Positions 44,874 through 53,777 of a DNA stretch of 59,508 nt are shown piece after piece. Every line of letters starts with the position of its first letter. Within the stretch, counting starts at the first letter, position 1. The DNA lies in assembly GCA_018970045.1 (NCBI GenBank), contig JAGWXC010000001.1:1-59508 (forward strand), given 5' to 3'. Source of the stretch: Planctomycetota bacterium. GTDB lineage: Bacteria; Planctomycetota; Phycisphaerae; Phycisphaerales; SM1A02. The translations under genes were made by a program, and so were the position numbers. Under the pieces are notes generated by a model. It was given only the letters and a program-made list of their open reading frames with translations. It had not been told where the DNA came from and did no database searches.

Positions 44874-45622
44874 CGTCGGGACTCCGTGTCGGCGGTCGTC
44901 AGGGTGCGGAAGACGTGATCCAGTCGGTTCTTGGCGATCGAAGCAGGCGCCTTGCCATCAAGCGCCTGCGGCGTGCCGTCGAAGACGATCGTGCCGCGGT
45001 TGATGATGACCGCGCGCGTGCAGACTGCCTCGACTTCCTCCAGGATGTGCGTGCTGAGCACGATCGCCTTGTCCTTGGCCATCGTGCGGATCAGTTCGCG
45101 AACTTGGTGCTTCTGGTTCGGGTCGAGGCCGTCGGTCGGCTCGTCCATGATCAGGACCGGCGGATCGTGCAGGATCGCCTGCGCCAGACCCACGCGGCGC
45201 TTGAAGCCCTTCGAGAGCGTTTCGATCGGCTGGTGATAGACGCCCTGCAGGTTGGTGCGCTCGACTGCCGCGTCGACTCGCCGTGCGCGTTCGGCACCGC
45301 TGAAGCCACGCACGGCGCCGATGAACCCCAGGAACTCCGCGACGGTCATGTCGGGGTAGCACGGCGCACCTTCAGGCAGGTAGCCCATGTGCTCCTTGGC
45401 CTTCAAGGGTTCATCGAGCATGTCCGTGCCGCAGATCCGCACCGTGCCTGCGGTGGGCGCGAGGAATCCCGTGATCATGCGCATGGTGGTGCTCTTCCCT
45501 GCACCGTTTGGCCCAAGGAAACCAAGCACTTCACCGTGCTTCACGACGAGATCGATGCCTTGCACCGCGTCGAATGAACCGAATCGCTTGCGCAATCCGT
45601 GTGCTGCGATGGCCGCTTCCAT
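44870..45622 (-). CDS. ABC transporter ATP-binding protein (GldA-like)
   Basis: Walker A GPNGAGKSTT, signature LSKGFKRRVGLAQAI, Walker B VLIMDEPTDGLD. ATGA overlap with the permease gene. Confidence 0.9.
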   Translation of the reverse strand: MEAAIAAHGLRKRFGSFDAVQGIDLVVKHGEVLGFLGPNGAGKSTTMRMITGFLAPTAGTVRICGTDMLDEPLKAKEHMGYLPEGAPCYPDMTVAEFLGFIGAVRGFSGAERARRVDAAVERTNLQGVYHQPIETLSKGFKRRVGLAQAILHDPPVLIMDEPTDGLDPNQKHQVRELIRTMAKDKAIVLSTHILEEVEAVCTRAVIINRGTIVFDGTPQALDGKAPASIAKNRLDHVFRTLTTADTESRR

Positions 45623-46160
45623 GTGTAGGGTCACCTCTGGTTGATGCAAAGCCCCGACGGCCACCACGGGCCGCGCGCGCGTGGAGGGTAGGGGAGCGCG
45701 AGAACGTGCGGCAACGGGGCGAGGTTCGTTGGAGCCGCGGAGCGAGGCGGACTTCGCAGGACCTTGACGATTCCGCAAGTCGATTCAGGACAGGATGTTG
45801 CACTCGTCCATAATCCCGGTTCCAACTTTCCCATCAAAAAACTGAGCCCCTCGCTTGCCCACTTTCGGGGTCGGGCTATGGTCTTCCCGCATCCCCCACG
45901 GATGCGGTTGGGCTGGGAAAAGGGACCACCCGACATCGCGGCACGAGGAAGGAAAGCCCGTGCTGCAACCTTGCGCGCCTCGCGTGCAGGACCCTGGGCT
46001 TGGAAACCCCAGGAGTCGGACAAATCGTTCGCTTGGCTTGGCGTGGCGCCAATCCAAGCAACCCTCGATCTATGTGTTCGAGGGAGAAGGTTGATCCATG
46101 CCCATTTGGGGCAGGCATGGTGTTCCATCCCCCGCCCCGGAGTCCTGAGAGGAGAAATCC

Positions 46161-46814
46161 ATGACCCGTTTCGTGCTCGCTACCGTCGTCGCTTCGACCC
46201 TCGCCTCTGCCGCTTCCGCCAGCTTCACCGGGTACTCGGTTGAGCGCGTGCTGACCGCCGGTGGCAACTCGCGCTACTCGGTGTACGCAAACTTCAACGC
46301 CAGCAACCTGGTGTTCCTGAACGCCTTCAGCTTCGTCAACGTCTCGGGCACCATGAACGCCCGTCACCAGGACTTCTTCACGGCTGACGGCCTCGTCGGC
46401 ACGTGGACGGCCGGTACCTCGGTTTCCGCTGCTGATCGCGGCGAGGACTCGTGGGTCACCGCCAGCGGCCTGGCGACCAGCTCGGGCTGGGGCACCGCTC
46501 TCGACCCCGGCTTCACCGCTGGTGGCGAAGTCGGTGACATCAACAACGGCGCTGGCTGGTACGACGCCACCCCCGGCACGGCCAACGCCATCGGCGCTGG
46601 CGGCACCCAGGGCGGCTTCCGCATGCTGATCGCCCAGATCGTCCGCTCGGGCGATGACTCGGCGCAGGCAGTGTCGAACCACTCGCTGCAGCTCTCGTGG
46701 AAGGTCGCCGGCACCACCACCGCGATCTTCGGCAACGGCTCGTTCACCATCCCGGCCCCCGGCGCGATGGCGCTCCTCGGCCTCGCTGGCCTCACTGGCC
46801 GCCGTCGCCGCTGA
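46161..46814 (+). CDS. PEP-CTERM sorting-domain secreted protein
   Basis: Signal peptide MTRFVLATVVASTLASAASA. C-terminus is IPAPGAMALLGLAGLTGRRRR (P-x-P motif, TM, Arg cluster). GGAG ribosome-binding site at -9. Confidence 0.85.
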   Translation: MTRFVLATVVASTLASAASASFTGYSVERVLTAGGNSRYSVYANFNASNLVFLNAFSFVNVSGTMNARHQDFFTADGLVGTWTAGTSVSAADRGEDSWVTASGLATSSGWGTALDPGFTAGGEVGDINNGAGWYDATPGTANAIGAGGTQGGFRMLIAQIVRSGDDSAQAVSNHSLQLSWKVAGTTTAIFGNGSFTIPAPGAMALLGLAGLTGRRRR

Positions 46815-46847
46815 ACCGTCCTCAGGACTGATCAGCTCAATGATCAT

Positions 46848-46885
46848 CGCCGGCGCGGAGTTTCTCCGCGCCGGCGGTTGCTTTT
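46848..46885. terminator. strong bidirectional terminator between PEP-CTERM gene and OLD nuclease gene
   Basis: Perfect 13-bp stem CGCCGGCGCGGAG-TTT-CTCCGCGCCGGCG, followed by GTTGCTTTT. Confidence 0.8.
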
Positions 46886-46893
46886 GGGGTGCG

Positions 46894-48519
46894 TCACCCG
46901 CGGATGGACTGGCGGGCCAGACTGATGGCGCTGGCCACCACGTCGCCAAGTTCCTTGGGAACCAGTTGCTCTGGGTCGGCCGCCATCGCATCGAGCAGTC
47001 GTCGCGCCAGCCCCGGCTTGGTGTGACGGCGGATGGCATCGTCGATGGCACGGCCCGGGGATCGCCCGCTCCCAGCCTCGGCACCGTAGGCAGATTCAAG
47101 GATCGCGCCCTCCAGGCCTCGGTCCCAGAAGTAGCGCTCGATCGAGTTGGCTGGCAGCACGGTCAGCCGGCAAGGGGCGATGGCATCGTGTCGGTGGATG
47201 ACGTCTGCGTACCCGCGTCCGGCTGCATCGCCATCCACGAGCGCGTGCACCGGCATGGCCAGTGATGCTGCAAGCCGGAGCACGGACTCGAGTCCAGCTT
47301 GCGCGAACTCAACCACCCGAACACCCTCAGCATCCAAGTCATGGTCCAGCAAGGAGGCGACTCCCGGCAGGCTCCAGAACTCGGTCTCGCCTTCGACCAG
47401 GATCCAGGCGCGTGCAAAGAACGCCCCGCCCCGCAGTGTGCGGATGTGGTACGACAGCCGTCGCACGTCACTCTCGGAAAGATCCTTTGACTTCACGCCG
47501 TGGGCGAGGGTCCGGTCCGGTCGACGGACCAGCCTGCGGATCGCGCGAAGGTCGATGGCGCCAAGGAAATCCGGCGAGTTCGTCGTGACCAGTCGCTGCG
47601 CCGGAAGCTGCTCGACCAGGCTCCAAAGGTTGGACAGCAGGGTTGGGTGCAAGTGGGTTTCTGGGTCCTCGACCAAGAGGATCGGCCGAACGGCTTCGCC
47701 CACCCCGCGTCGGTCAGCCTTCAAGAGCGCGTGTGCCGCGATCAGCATGGCGCACACTCGGTCGGCGTTCGCAGGCCGTCGCTCCGCATGCCGCCACGCG
47801 CTGGGAAGTCCCCGGAGTTCAGACACGAGGTCAAGACTCGCGGCATCGCGCAGTCGGCGATCGGAGAGCTCCATGGTCGCGGCCTCGGCACTGCGTAGGA
47901 GTGCCTGGCGAGAGGGTGGCCCCTCGCGATCGGGAGACATCCAAGCCCCCATGGCGGAGGTCCACGCGGCGTCAGCCTGGGGTGAAGCCCGTTCCTGACC
48001 AACGACATCCCACAACGAGAGCCGGATGACGGGGAGCTGGCGTCGAAGTTCCGCATGCGCGGCCTGTGCCTCGGACGGGGCCAGCGGAATGGGATGTCCC
48101 GCGCCGTCGAGGATGGCTGGAGTGGTCGCTCCGCCTTGATGGGTCAGGGCCAACCGAACTGCGCGATGCCCGAAGATGGTGCAATGAAGCTTGGCCAAGG
48201 GCGGACAGCAGTCGAACTCCCCTGGCTGGGATTCCCCGATGTCGAGCGAGATGACGATGGGATCCGTCACGCCCGCCGTGCGGTCCGCTTCGCTGAGCCC
48301 TTGTTCGTCAGGACCAAGGACCGACTCGAGCGCTCGTCCCAGGCTGGTCCGGCCCCACTGGTTTTCGCCGATCAGCACCGTGGTGTCGCGACGAAGTCTG
48401 AGCTGAAGGCTGCGAAGGCCCCGAAAGTTGCGAATGCTGAGGTGACGAAGGTGCACAGCAGGGCTCGTTTGGTCCAATAATAGGTAATTCAGCTGTCCGC
48501 GGCGAGTTCGGACCGTCAC
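46894..48519 (-). CDS. OLD-family (YbjD/DUF2813-like) ATPase-Toprim nuclease
   Basis: N-terminal LRHLSIRNFRGL...VLIGENQWGRTSL (Walker A-like), ILLVEDPETHLHP (Walker B/D-loop), and Toprim ILVEGETEFW...LVDGDAAG. The ORF-track start is a GTG; another in-frame GTG at 48456 is also possible. Confidence 0.8.
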   Translation of the reverse strand: MTVRTRRGQLNYLLLDQTSPAVHLRHLSIRNFRGLRSLQLRLRRDTTVLIGENQWGRTSLGRALESVLGPDEQGLSEADRTAGVTDPIVISLDIGESQPGEFDCCPPLAKLHCTIFGHRAVRLALTHQGGATTPAILDGAGHPIPLAPSEAQAAHAELRRQLPVIRLSLWDVVGQERASPQADAAWTSAMGAWMSPDREGPPSRQALLRSAEAATMELSDRRLRDAASLDLVSELRGLPSAWRHAERRPANADRVCAMLIAAHALLKADRRGVGEAVRPILLVEDPETHLHPTLLSNLWSLVEQLPAQRLVTTNSPDFLGAIDLRAIRRLVRRPDRTLAHGVKSKDLSESDVRRLSYHIRTLRGGAFFARAWILVEGETEFWSLPGVASLLDHDLDAEGVRVVEFAQAGLESVLRLAASLAMPVHALVDGDAAGRGYADVIHRHDAIAPCRLTVLPANSIERYFWDRGLEGAILESAYGAEAGSGRSPGRAIDDAIRRHTKPGLARRLLDAMAADPEQLVPKELGDVVASAISLARQSIRG

Positions 48520-48681
48520 ACGATCAAGCCTGAATGAAAATCCGGCTCAAATGGGGCCTTACCTCCTTGCCTTGCGCAGAACTGGCGGCACCTTCTGGCC
48601 ACGTGACGGCGATGCTGCAGTCACCCGGCAGGCGTAAGCCAGCCGTCCAACTCGAGGGATCAGGGGTCTGGAGAATGACCC

Positions 48682-49272
48682 ATGCGATTCCTCGCCCTGA
48701 GCATCACGGCTGCTGCACTCACCGCGTCTGCGCACGCGAAGTTCATCACCACCAACGACAAGAGCGTGTTTGATCTGCTGAGCCAGCAGGGCGGTTACGC
48801 GCTCGCTGGAGAGAACTTCGGCGGCTACAGCGGCTTCTATTCATCGCTCTCGGGCGGCACTGGCGCAACGGCCTGGCAGGCCACCGCGCTCGGCGGCCTC
48901 TACGTCGGTTCGGGCGGCCAGCTCAGCACCAACAATGCCGACGCCGCGCTCACCATGAGCTTCTCCTCGGGAGACGTGTACGCCATCGGCGGGAACTTCT
49001 TCCTCACGGACTTCAACTTCGGGTTCCTGCCCGGATTGGTGCAGGTCGAGTTGGCTGACGGCAGTTCCTACATTGCCAACATCCAGAACGCGAACTCCTT
49101 CAGCGGGTTCGTGAGCTTGGGCTCCGCCATCAGCCAGATCACGATTTCGCCCTTCGGCGTGCAGCCGAACGCGTATGTGACGGCGACCAACCTGTGCTTC
49201 GGTGTTGTGCCGGCGCCGGGCGCGGTGGCGCTGATGGCCGTTGCCGGCTTGGTGAGCCGCCGACGTCGCTGA
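48682..49272 (+). CDS. PEP-CTERM sorting-domain secreted protein
   Basis: Signal peptide MRFLALSITAAALTASAHA. C-terminus is VVPAPGAVALMAVAGLVSRRRR. Confidence 0.85.
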   Translation: MRFLALSITAAALTASAHAKFITTNDKSVFDLLSQQGGYALAGENFGGYSGFYSSLSGGTGATAWQATALGGLYVGSGGQLSTNNADAALTMSFSSGDVYAIGGNFFLTDFNFGFLPGLVQVELADGSSYIANIQNANSFSGFVSLGSAISQITISPFGVQPNAYVTATNLCFGVVPAPGAVALMAVAGLVSRRRR

Positions 49273-49296
49273 AATCGAAGCGAAACGTGGATTACC

Positions 49297-49329
49297 GGAC
49301 AGGCGCCGAGTGGCGTCTGTTCTGTTTTT
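49297..49329 (+). terminator. rho-independent terminator
   Basis: ACAGGCGCC-GAGT-GGCGTCTGT stem (one G-U pair), followed by TCTGTTTTT. Confidence 0.7.
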
Positions 49330-49454
49330 GCAAAGTGCGTTGAAGAGGCTTGCCAAAGATCCCCCCTCGCGTCATCATGCGCCGCGCCCGGGGGCGGAGC
49401 AAGATCCAATCGTTGGAGGGATAAGGAAGGTGATCACTTCCCTCGGAGATCACC

Positions 49455-50072
49455 ATGTTTCGTATGACTTGCCTTGCCGCCGCGACCGCGTTCGTGGCCT
49501 CGTCCGCTCAGGCGGCGCTCATCGGTGTCAATTCGCTCTCGCTCTACCAGTCGTTCGTCGGCGGGCAGGCTTTCCAAGATCAGTCGATCGACCTGAACGC
49601 CTTCGGCGTCGGCGTCGTCACCAGCCCGCTGCAGGGCGTGACCGGCGGTACGGCATGGTCGGCCTCGGCCAACGATGGTCTTTACCTGGGCACGCTGACC
49701 TCCGGAACCCGGTTCCTGAGCACGTTTGCCGCCAATCGCGAACTAACCATCTCGTTTGACGGCGCGGGCGTGATGGCCTTCGGCGCCAACACCTTCCTGA
49801 CCAATGATGGCGACCAGGTCATCGCCGGCAACGTGCTGATGCGGCTCTCCGATGGCACCACCTTCGCTGGAACGGTCGGCTCCGAGTCGTCGTTCTATGG
49901 TTGGGTCAGCGAAGGGGATGTCACGATCACCTCGGTCACGTACCGCCCGTTCCTCTCCGGAACCGGCTCCTTCGCCAGCCTGTCAGACCTTCGCTTCGCC
50001 TTGATTCCCAGCAGCGGCGCCATGGCCATTCTGGCACTGGGTGGCTTCGTGGCCGTCCGCTCACGTCCCTGA
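49455..50072 (+). CDS. paralogue of 48682-49272 with degenerate PEP-CTERM-like tail
   Basis: Signal peptide MFRMTCLAAATAFVASSAQA. Shared core (GGTAW.A.A..GLY.G...FL.ND/TDF...L.DG..F/Y). The tail LIPSSGAMAILALGGFVAVRSRP lacks the P-x-P. Confidence 0.7.
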   Translation: MFRMTCLAAATAFVASSAQAALIGVNSLSLYQSFVGGQAFQDQSIDLNAFGVGVVTSPLQGVTGGTAWSASANDGLYLGTLTSGTRFLSTFAANRELTISFDGAGVMAFGANTFLTNDGDQVIAGNVLMRLSDGTTFAGTVGSESSFYGWVSEGDVTITSVTYRPFLSGTGSFASLSDLRFALIPSSGAMAILALGGFVAVRSRP

Positions 50073-50101
50073 GCACCTGCACCACCAACGATGGTCATCC
50101 G

Positions 50102-50129
50102 ACGGGGCGCCTCCCACGGGGCGCCCCGT
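50102..50129. terminator. 10-bp perfect hairpin between convergent PEP-CTERM-like gene and cls
   Basis: ACGGGGCGCC, an 8-nt loop, then GGCGCCCCGT, followed by TCTCGTT. Confidence 0.5.
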
Positions 50130-50160
50130 TCTCGTTGGAGTCGCTGATGACGGGCGATCC

Positions 50161-51603
50161 CTACTGAATCGGTGCCATGAGCCGTGCAGCTCGGCAAGCG
50201 CCTCGGAAGAACCATGATCTCCCGCTCCACTCGCGTGCCCCGATGCCGTGGCAGCCCTGGAAGTCGCTGTGGAACATGGCCTCCACCTGTTTCGACAGCG
50301 TGCCGCCGTGGGCGAGCGCGCTGATCTCGAAGTTGATGCGCAGGCTGCGGTTGTCCAGATTGGCTGTTCCGACGCACGCCAGATCGTCGCTCAGCATCAC
50401 CTTCTGGTGCATGAAGCCGACGGTGTGGGAGTAGGCGCGGATGCCTGCGGCCGTCGCCTCCGGGATGAAGGTCAGCGCCGACATGCGGACGAGGAGGTTG
50501 TCCGGCTTGCGCGGCATGATGACGCGCACGTCGACACCCCGCAGCGCCGCCAACTGCAGTGCGGCGAAGGTGGCCTGGTCCGGCACGAAGTACGGGGATG
50601 CCACCCACAACCGTCGCTGGGCGCGGCTGATGAGGTGCAGGTACATGAGGGAGCAGGACTCAAGTTCATCGGCCGGACCGGTCGGCAGGATCGCGACGTG
50701 GTCATGTCCGCGCTCGGGCGGCACGGCCCACTCCACGGTGCTCAGCTCCTCGCCGGTGGCCCAGCGCCAGTCCTCGGCGAAGGAGAGTTGCACCGCCAGT
50801 GCCGCGGGTCCAGCGATGCGCACGTGCGTATCGCGCCACGGTCCGAAGACAGGGCTCTCGCCCATGTACTCGTCACCGACGTTGAGGCCGCCGAGGAAGG
50901 CCACGCCGCCGTCGACGATGACGACCTTGCGGTGGTTGCGGAAGTTGATGTTGATGGGCAGCGCGGTGCGGGAGGTGCGAAAAGCGCGGACCTCCACGCC
51001 TTCAGCTCGCAGACGATCGCACCACCCTTCGGCCAAGTGCATGCTGCCGATGGCGTCATAGAGCACCATCACCCGTACGCCGCGGGCCCGGGCGCGAGCC
51101 AGCGCAGCGGCCATGCGGCGGCCCAGGCGATCATCGCGGATGATGTAGAACTGGAAGGCGATGCAACGCTCGGCGGCATCGATCGCGCGCTCGATCGCAT
51201 CGAAGGTGGCCTTGCCGTCGATGAGCAGCTCGCAGTCGTTGCCCCGCGTCGGGGGCACGCGGCACAGCGGTGCCACCGACACGAGCGCCGGATCGAGCGA
51301 GTGCAGCGACGCCGTGGCTCGTGTGACCTCACCCACACGCCGATCCAGCGCGTGGCGACCGCGGCGATGGGCCAGCACCTTGCCGTCGAATCGACGCTGG
51401 CCGAACGCCACGTACAGCGGCACGCTCACGATGGGCAGGAACACCAGCGCCAGCGCCCAGGCGATCGAACCCTGAGGGGTCCTCGCCCGCATGACCGAAT
51501 CGAGGGCGCACAGGATGCCGATGGCCTCGATCAGCAGCACGATCGCGGTGATCGCGCCGCCATCGAGGATCCAGCGGGCCACGTCTGCGCCGGCTTCAGG
51601 CAT
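50161..51603 (-). CDS. cls: cardiolipin synthase (PLD superfamily)
   Basis: Two N-terminal TMs. Two HKD motifs: HRKVVIVDGGVAFLGGLNVGDEY and HQKVMLSDDLACVGTANLDNRS. Start at MPEAGADV overlaps the upstream gene by 8 nt. Confidence 0.9.
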   Translation of the reverse strand: MPEAGADVARWILDGGAITAIVLLIEAIGILCALDSVMRARTPQGSIAWALALVFLPIVSVPLYVAFGQRRFDGKVLAHRRGRHALDRRVGEVTRATASLHSLDPALVSVAPLCRVPPTRGNDCELLIDGKATFDAIERAIDAAERCIAFQFYIIRDDRLGRRMAAALARARARGVRVMVLYDAIGSMHLAEGWCDRLRAEGVEVRAFRTSRTALPININFRNHRKVVIVDGGVAFLGGLNVGDEYMGESPVFGPWRDTHVRIAGPAALAVQLSFAEDWRWATGEELSTVEWAVPPERGHDHVAILPTGPADELESCSLMYLHLISRAQRRLWVASPYFVPDQATFAALQLAALRGVDVRVIMPRKPDNLLVRMSALTFIPEATAAGIRAYSHTVGFMHQKVMLSDDLACVGTANLDNRSLRINFEISALAHGGTLSKQVEAMFHSDFQGCHGIGAREWSGRSWFFRGACRAARLMAPIQ

Positions 51604-53071
51604 GGTTCCAGCCTCCCCACGGCACGAGCAGCGCGCGGCTGCGCGCACGGATCCGCTGGATCCGCGTGAGCAAGTCATGCACGAACGCCGTGGTCTCGAG
51701 CAAGCACGGTCCGATCCCGAGCATCACGGCATCGGCGCGGGCGCTGTCGGCCGCATCCGTGACCTCGCCGCGCGTGGGGAAGCCATGCTCGGTCATCGAT
51801 TCAAGGACTTGCGTGGCCCAGATCACGGGCATGTGTGCGGCTTCGCAGAGCGCGAGCACCTCGTCCTGAGCGATCGGCAGGTTTTCGAAGCCGATCTCGA
51901 CGCCGAGGTCGCCTCGGGCGAGCATGACTCCGCACGCCGGGCGCCGCATGAGGGCAAGGAGGATCGCCGGAAGATCCCGGCATGCTTGTGGCGTCTCGAC
52001 CTTCGCGACGACGGCCATGGACGCCAGTCCACGGGCGTCGAGCGCCTGGTGCAGGTCAAGGATGTCCTTCGGGCTGCGCACGAAGCTCAGCGCGACCATG
52101 TCGGCCACGCCGGCGACGGCATCAAGCGTGGCATGGTCTGCGTCGGTGAGCGATGGGATCGGCACGTCACTGTCGGGGACGTTGACGCCCTTGCGATCCT
52201 TCAGCGGCCATGCACCGTCGCGAACGCGCTCAATGACCAACTCGGCTCCGCAAGCGGACGAGGACACGCATCGGCCGCGAATGTTGCCATCATCGATGAG
52301 CACCCGATGACCGGGCTTCAGCGCACCCAGAAGTTCCGGCGGCGTGATGGCGATGCGGTGGGGTGCGGGCAGCGATCCATCGGCCGCGCGCGTGGCAGAC
52401 CTCGAGACGCCGTCGTCGGCGTGCAGCCAAAGCCGGTCGCCTGGCCGGATCTCGATCGGACCTTCGCTGCAGAGGCCTGTGCGGACCTTCGGACCGGCCA
52501 GGTCGACGCAGAGCCGGATGGTGCGCCCGGCCCGTGCTGCCGCCGCGCGAAGGGCCGCAGCGTTGGCGCGCCACTGTCCCGGATGGCCGTGCGCCGCGTT
52601 GATGCGTGCGACGTCCATGCCGGCCTCGATGAGCCGATCAGCGAGCGAAGGATCGTCCGCCATCGTGGGCGGCAGGCTCACCATGATGCGCGTGCCCTTG
52701 GGATGGGCCGGACCGAGAAGATCGTCCGCGTGCCGCTCGAGTGCCGCGACGCCCGCGTCCATGTCGGCGGCGGGGGCGTCGTCCGTCCAGCCACCGCCAT
52801 TCATGGCGACCAGCGCCGCGCGCACGGCGCGCAGCGTGGGCTCGACATGTGCCTCGCGCCGTGACAGGGAACTCAGGCCCAGTCGCACCAGGTCCGCCTG
52901 CAACCCGACAGGCAGCGCGCTGCGAAGGTCGGCGTACTGCACCAGGTTGGTGGCGCTCATGGTCCAGTCGGATGCAGCACCCGAGATGGCCGGCTTCTCG
53001 CGGGCCGCGGTCGCCGTGATCGACTCGAGAAGAGCGTCGACCGAAGCAAGGATCGTTGGGACCGACTGCAT
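51596..53071 (-). CDS. divergent pyruvate-kinase-family protein (N-terminal extension, no C-terminal regulatory domain)
   Basis: GMDVARINAAHG, DLAGPKVRTG, MLARGDLGVEIG and VIWATQVLESM...PTRGEVTDAA. About 120 aa precede the barrel, and the protein ends shortly after the A domain. Confidence 0.65.
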   Translation of the reverse strand: MQSVPTILASVDALLESITATAAREKPAISGAASDWTMSATNLVQYADLRSALPVGLQADLVRLGLSSLSRREAHVEPTLRAVRAALVAMNGGGWTDDAPAADMDAGVAALERHADDLLGPAHPKGTRIMVSLPPTMADDPSLADRLIEAGMDVARINAAHGHPGQWRANAAALRAAAARAGRTIRLCVDLAGPKVRTGLCSEGPIEIRPGDRLWLHADDGVSRSATRAADGSLPAPHRIAITPPELLGALKPGHRVLIDDGNIRGRCVSSSACGAELVIERVRDGAWPLKDRKGVNVPDSDVPIPSLTDADHATLDAVAGVADMVALSFVRSPKDILDLHQALDARGLASMAVVAKVETPQACRDLPAILLALMRRPACGVMLARGDLGVEIGFENLPIAQDEVLALCEAAHMPVIWATQVLESMTEHGFPTRGEVTDAADSARADAVMLGIGPCLLETTAFVHDLLTRIQRIRARSRALLVPWGGWNHA

Positions 53072-53123
53072 GCACGAACGCTACCCGAGGTGGCAGGTGG
53101 ACCGCGCAGGTAGCCTTCGGGTC

Positions 53124-53777
53124 ATGCCGGTTGCGTGGCGAAAGCACCTTTGGATCGCCTTGGGCCTGGTCATCGTGTCGCTCGCGAGCGTTCGTCTGGC
53201 GGACGAGTCGGTGGCCCGGTTCGTGCATGACCATCGAGGGTGGTCGACGGCTGCAGCATGGATCGCCGAGTTCGGTGACAGCTTGTACTGGTTCATCGCG
53301 CTGGGCATCGGATTCGGGGTCTTTCACCTGCGCCGAGCGCACGACGCCGCACGATGGTGTTTTCTGGCGATCGCTTCGCTTGCCGCAAGTGGCATCGTCT
53401 CGGGCATCCTGAAGGCCACGCTCGCTCGTTGGCGACCGCGTGCATTCGTTGCCGATGGTGCGTTCGACGGTGATGCAGGCTTCGCCTTCCCGGCCTTCAT
53501 CATCGAGCACGTGCGCAACTCGTATCCGAGCGGCCATGCGACCACGGCGTTCACGCTGGCTGCCTTGGCCACGTTGAAATGGCCTCGGGCGGCGGCGCTC
53601 TGGGTGGTTCTGGGTGCGGTCGTCGCTGGTTCCCGCGTGGTGCAGAACAGCCACTGGCTCGGTGACATGCTCGCGGGCAGCGCGCTCGGGTGGGCCACGC
53701 CGTGGATCGTGATGTCCTTCTGGCGCGCACGGTGGCCTGCATCGGCTCCGGTTCAGCGCGCGGGCACCACGGCGTAG
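53124..53777 (+). CDS. PAP2-family phosphatase (membrane)
   Basis: KxxxxxxRP-like ...LARWRPR, SYPSGHAT and SRVVQNSHWLGD (PAP2 motifs C1-C3). Alternative start at 53070. Confidence 0.8.
   Translation: MPVAWRKHLWIALGLVIVSLASVRLADESVARFVHDHRGWSTAAAWIAEFGDSLYWFIALGIGFGVFHLRRAHDAARWCFLAIASLAASGIVSGILKATLARWRPRAFVADGAFDGDAGFAFPAFIIEHVRNSYPSGHATTAFTLAALATLKWPRAAALWVVLGAVVAGSRVVQNSHWLGDMLAGSALGWATPWIVMSFWRARWPASAPVQRAGTTA

Noticed and set aside
45945-45960. GAGGAAGGAAAGCCCG resembles the RNase P RNA GAGGAAAGUCCGGGC box.
   Set aside because: Only this short stretch is similar. The other universally conserved RNase P elements (for example ACAGAACCCGGCUUA-type P4 partners) are absent from the 538-bp region.
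45900-46000. Possible c-di-GMP (GEMM) riboswitch upstream of the PEP-CTERM gene.
   Set aside because: I could not find the GGCAAACC / GGGACGCAAAGCC-type conserved cores. Only a generic GGAAAGCC is present. The region is kept as an unclassified structured leader, pending an Rfam scan.
45764-46243. 159-aa ORF spanning the long intergenic region and running into the PEP-CTERM gene.
   Set aside because: It has no ribosome-binding site, an Arg/Pro-rich junk-like translation, and it overlaps the confident start of the 46161 gene out of frame.
48535-48551. GAAAATCCGGCTCAAAT upstream of the second PEP-CTERM gene, loosely like the TTCCGG element.
   Set aside because: It lacks the TTCCGGAA palindrome and the flanking CGCGATTT or AAATTTC extensions. 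The similarity is limited to TCCGGC plus A-runs and is likely chance.
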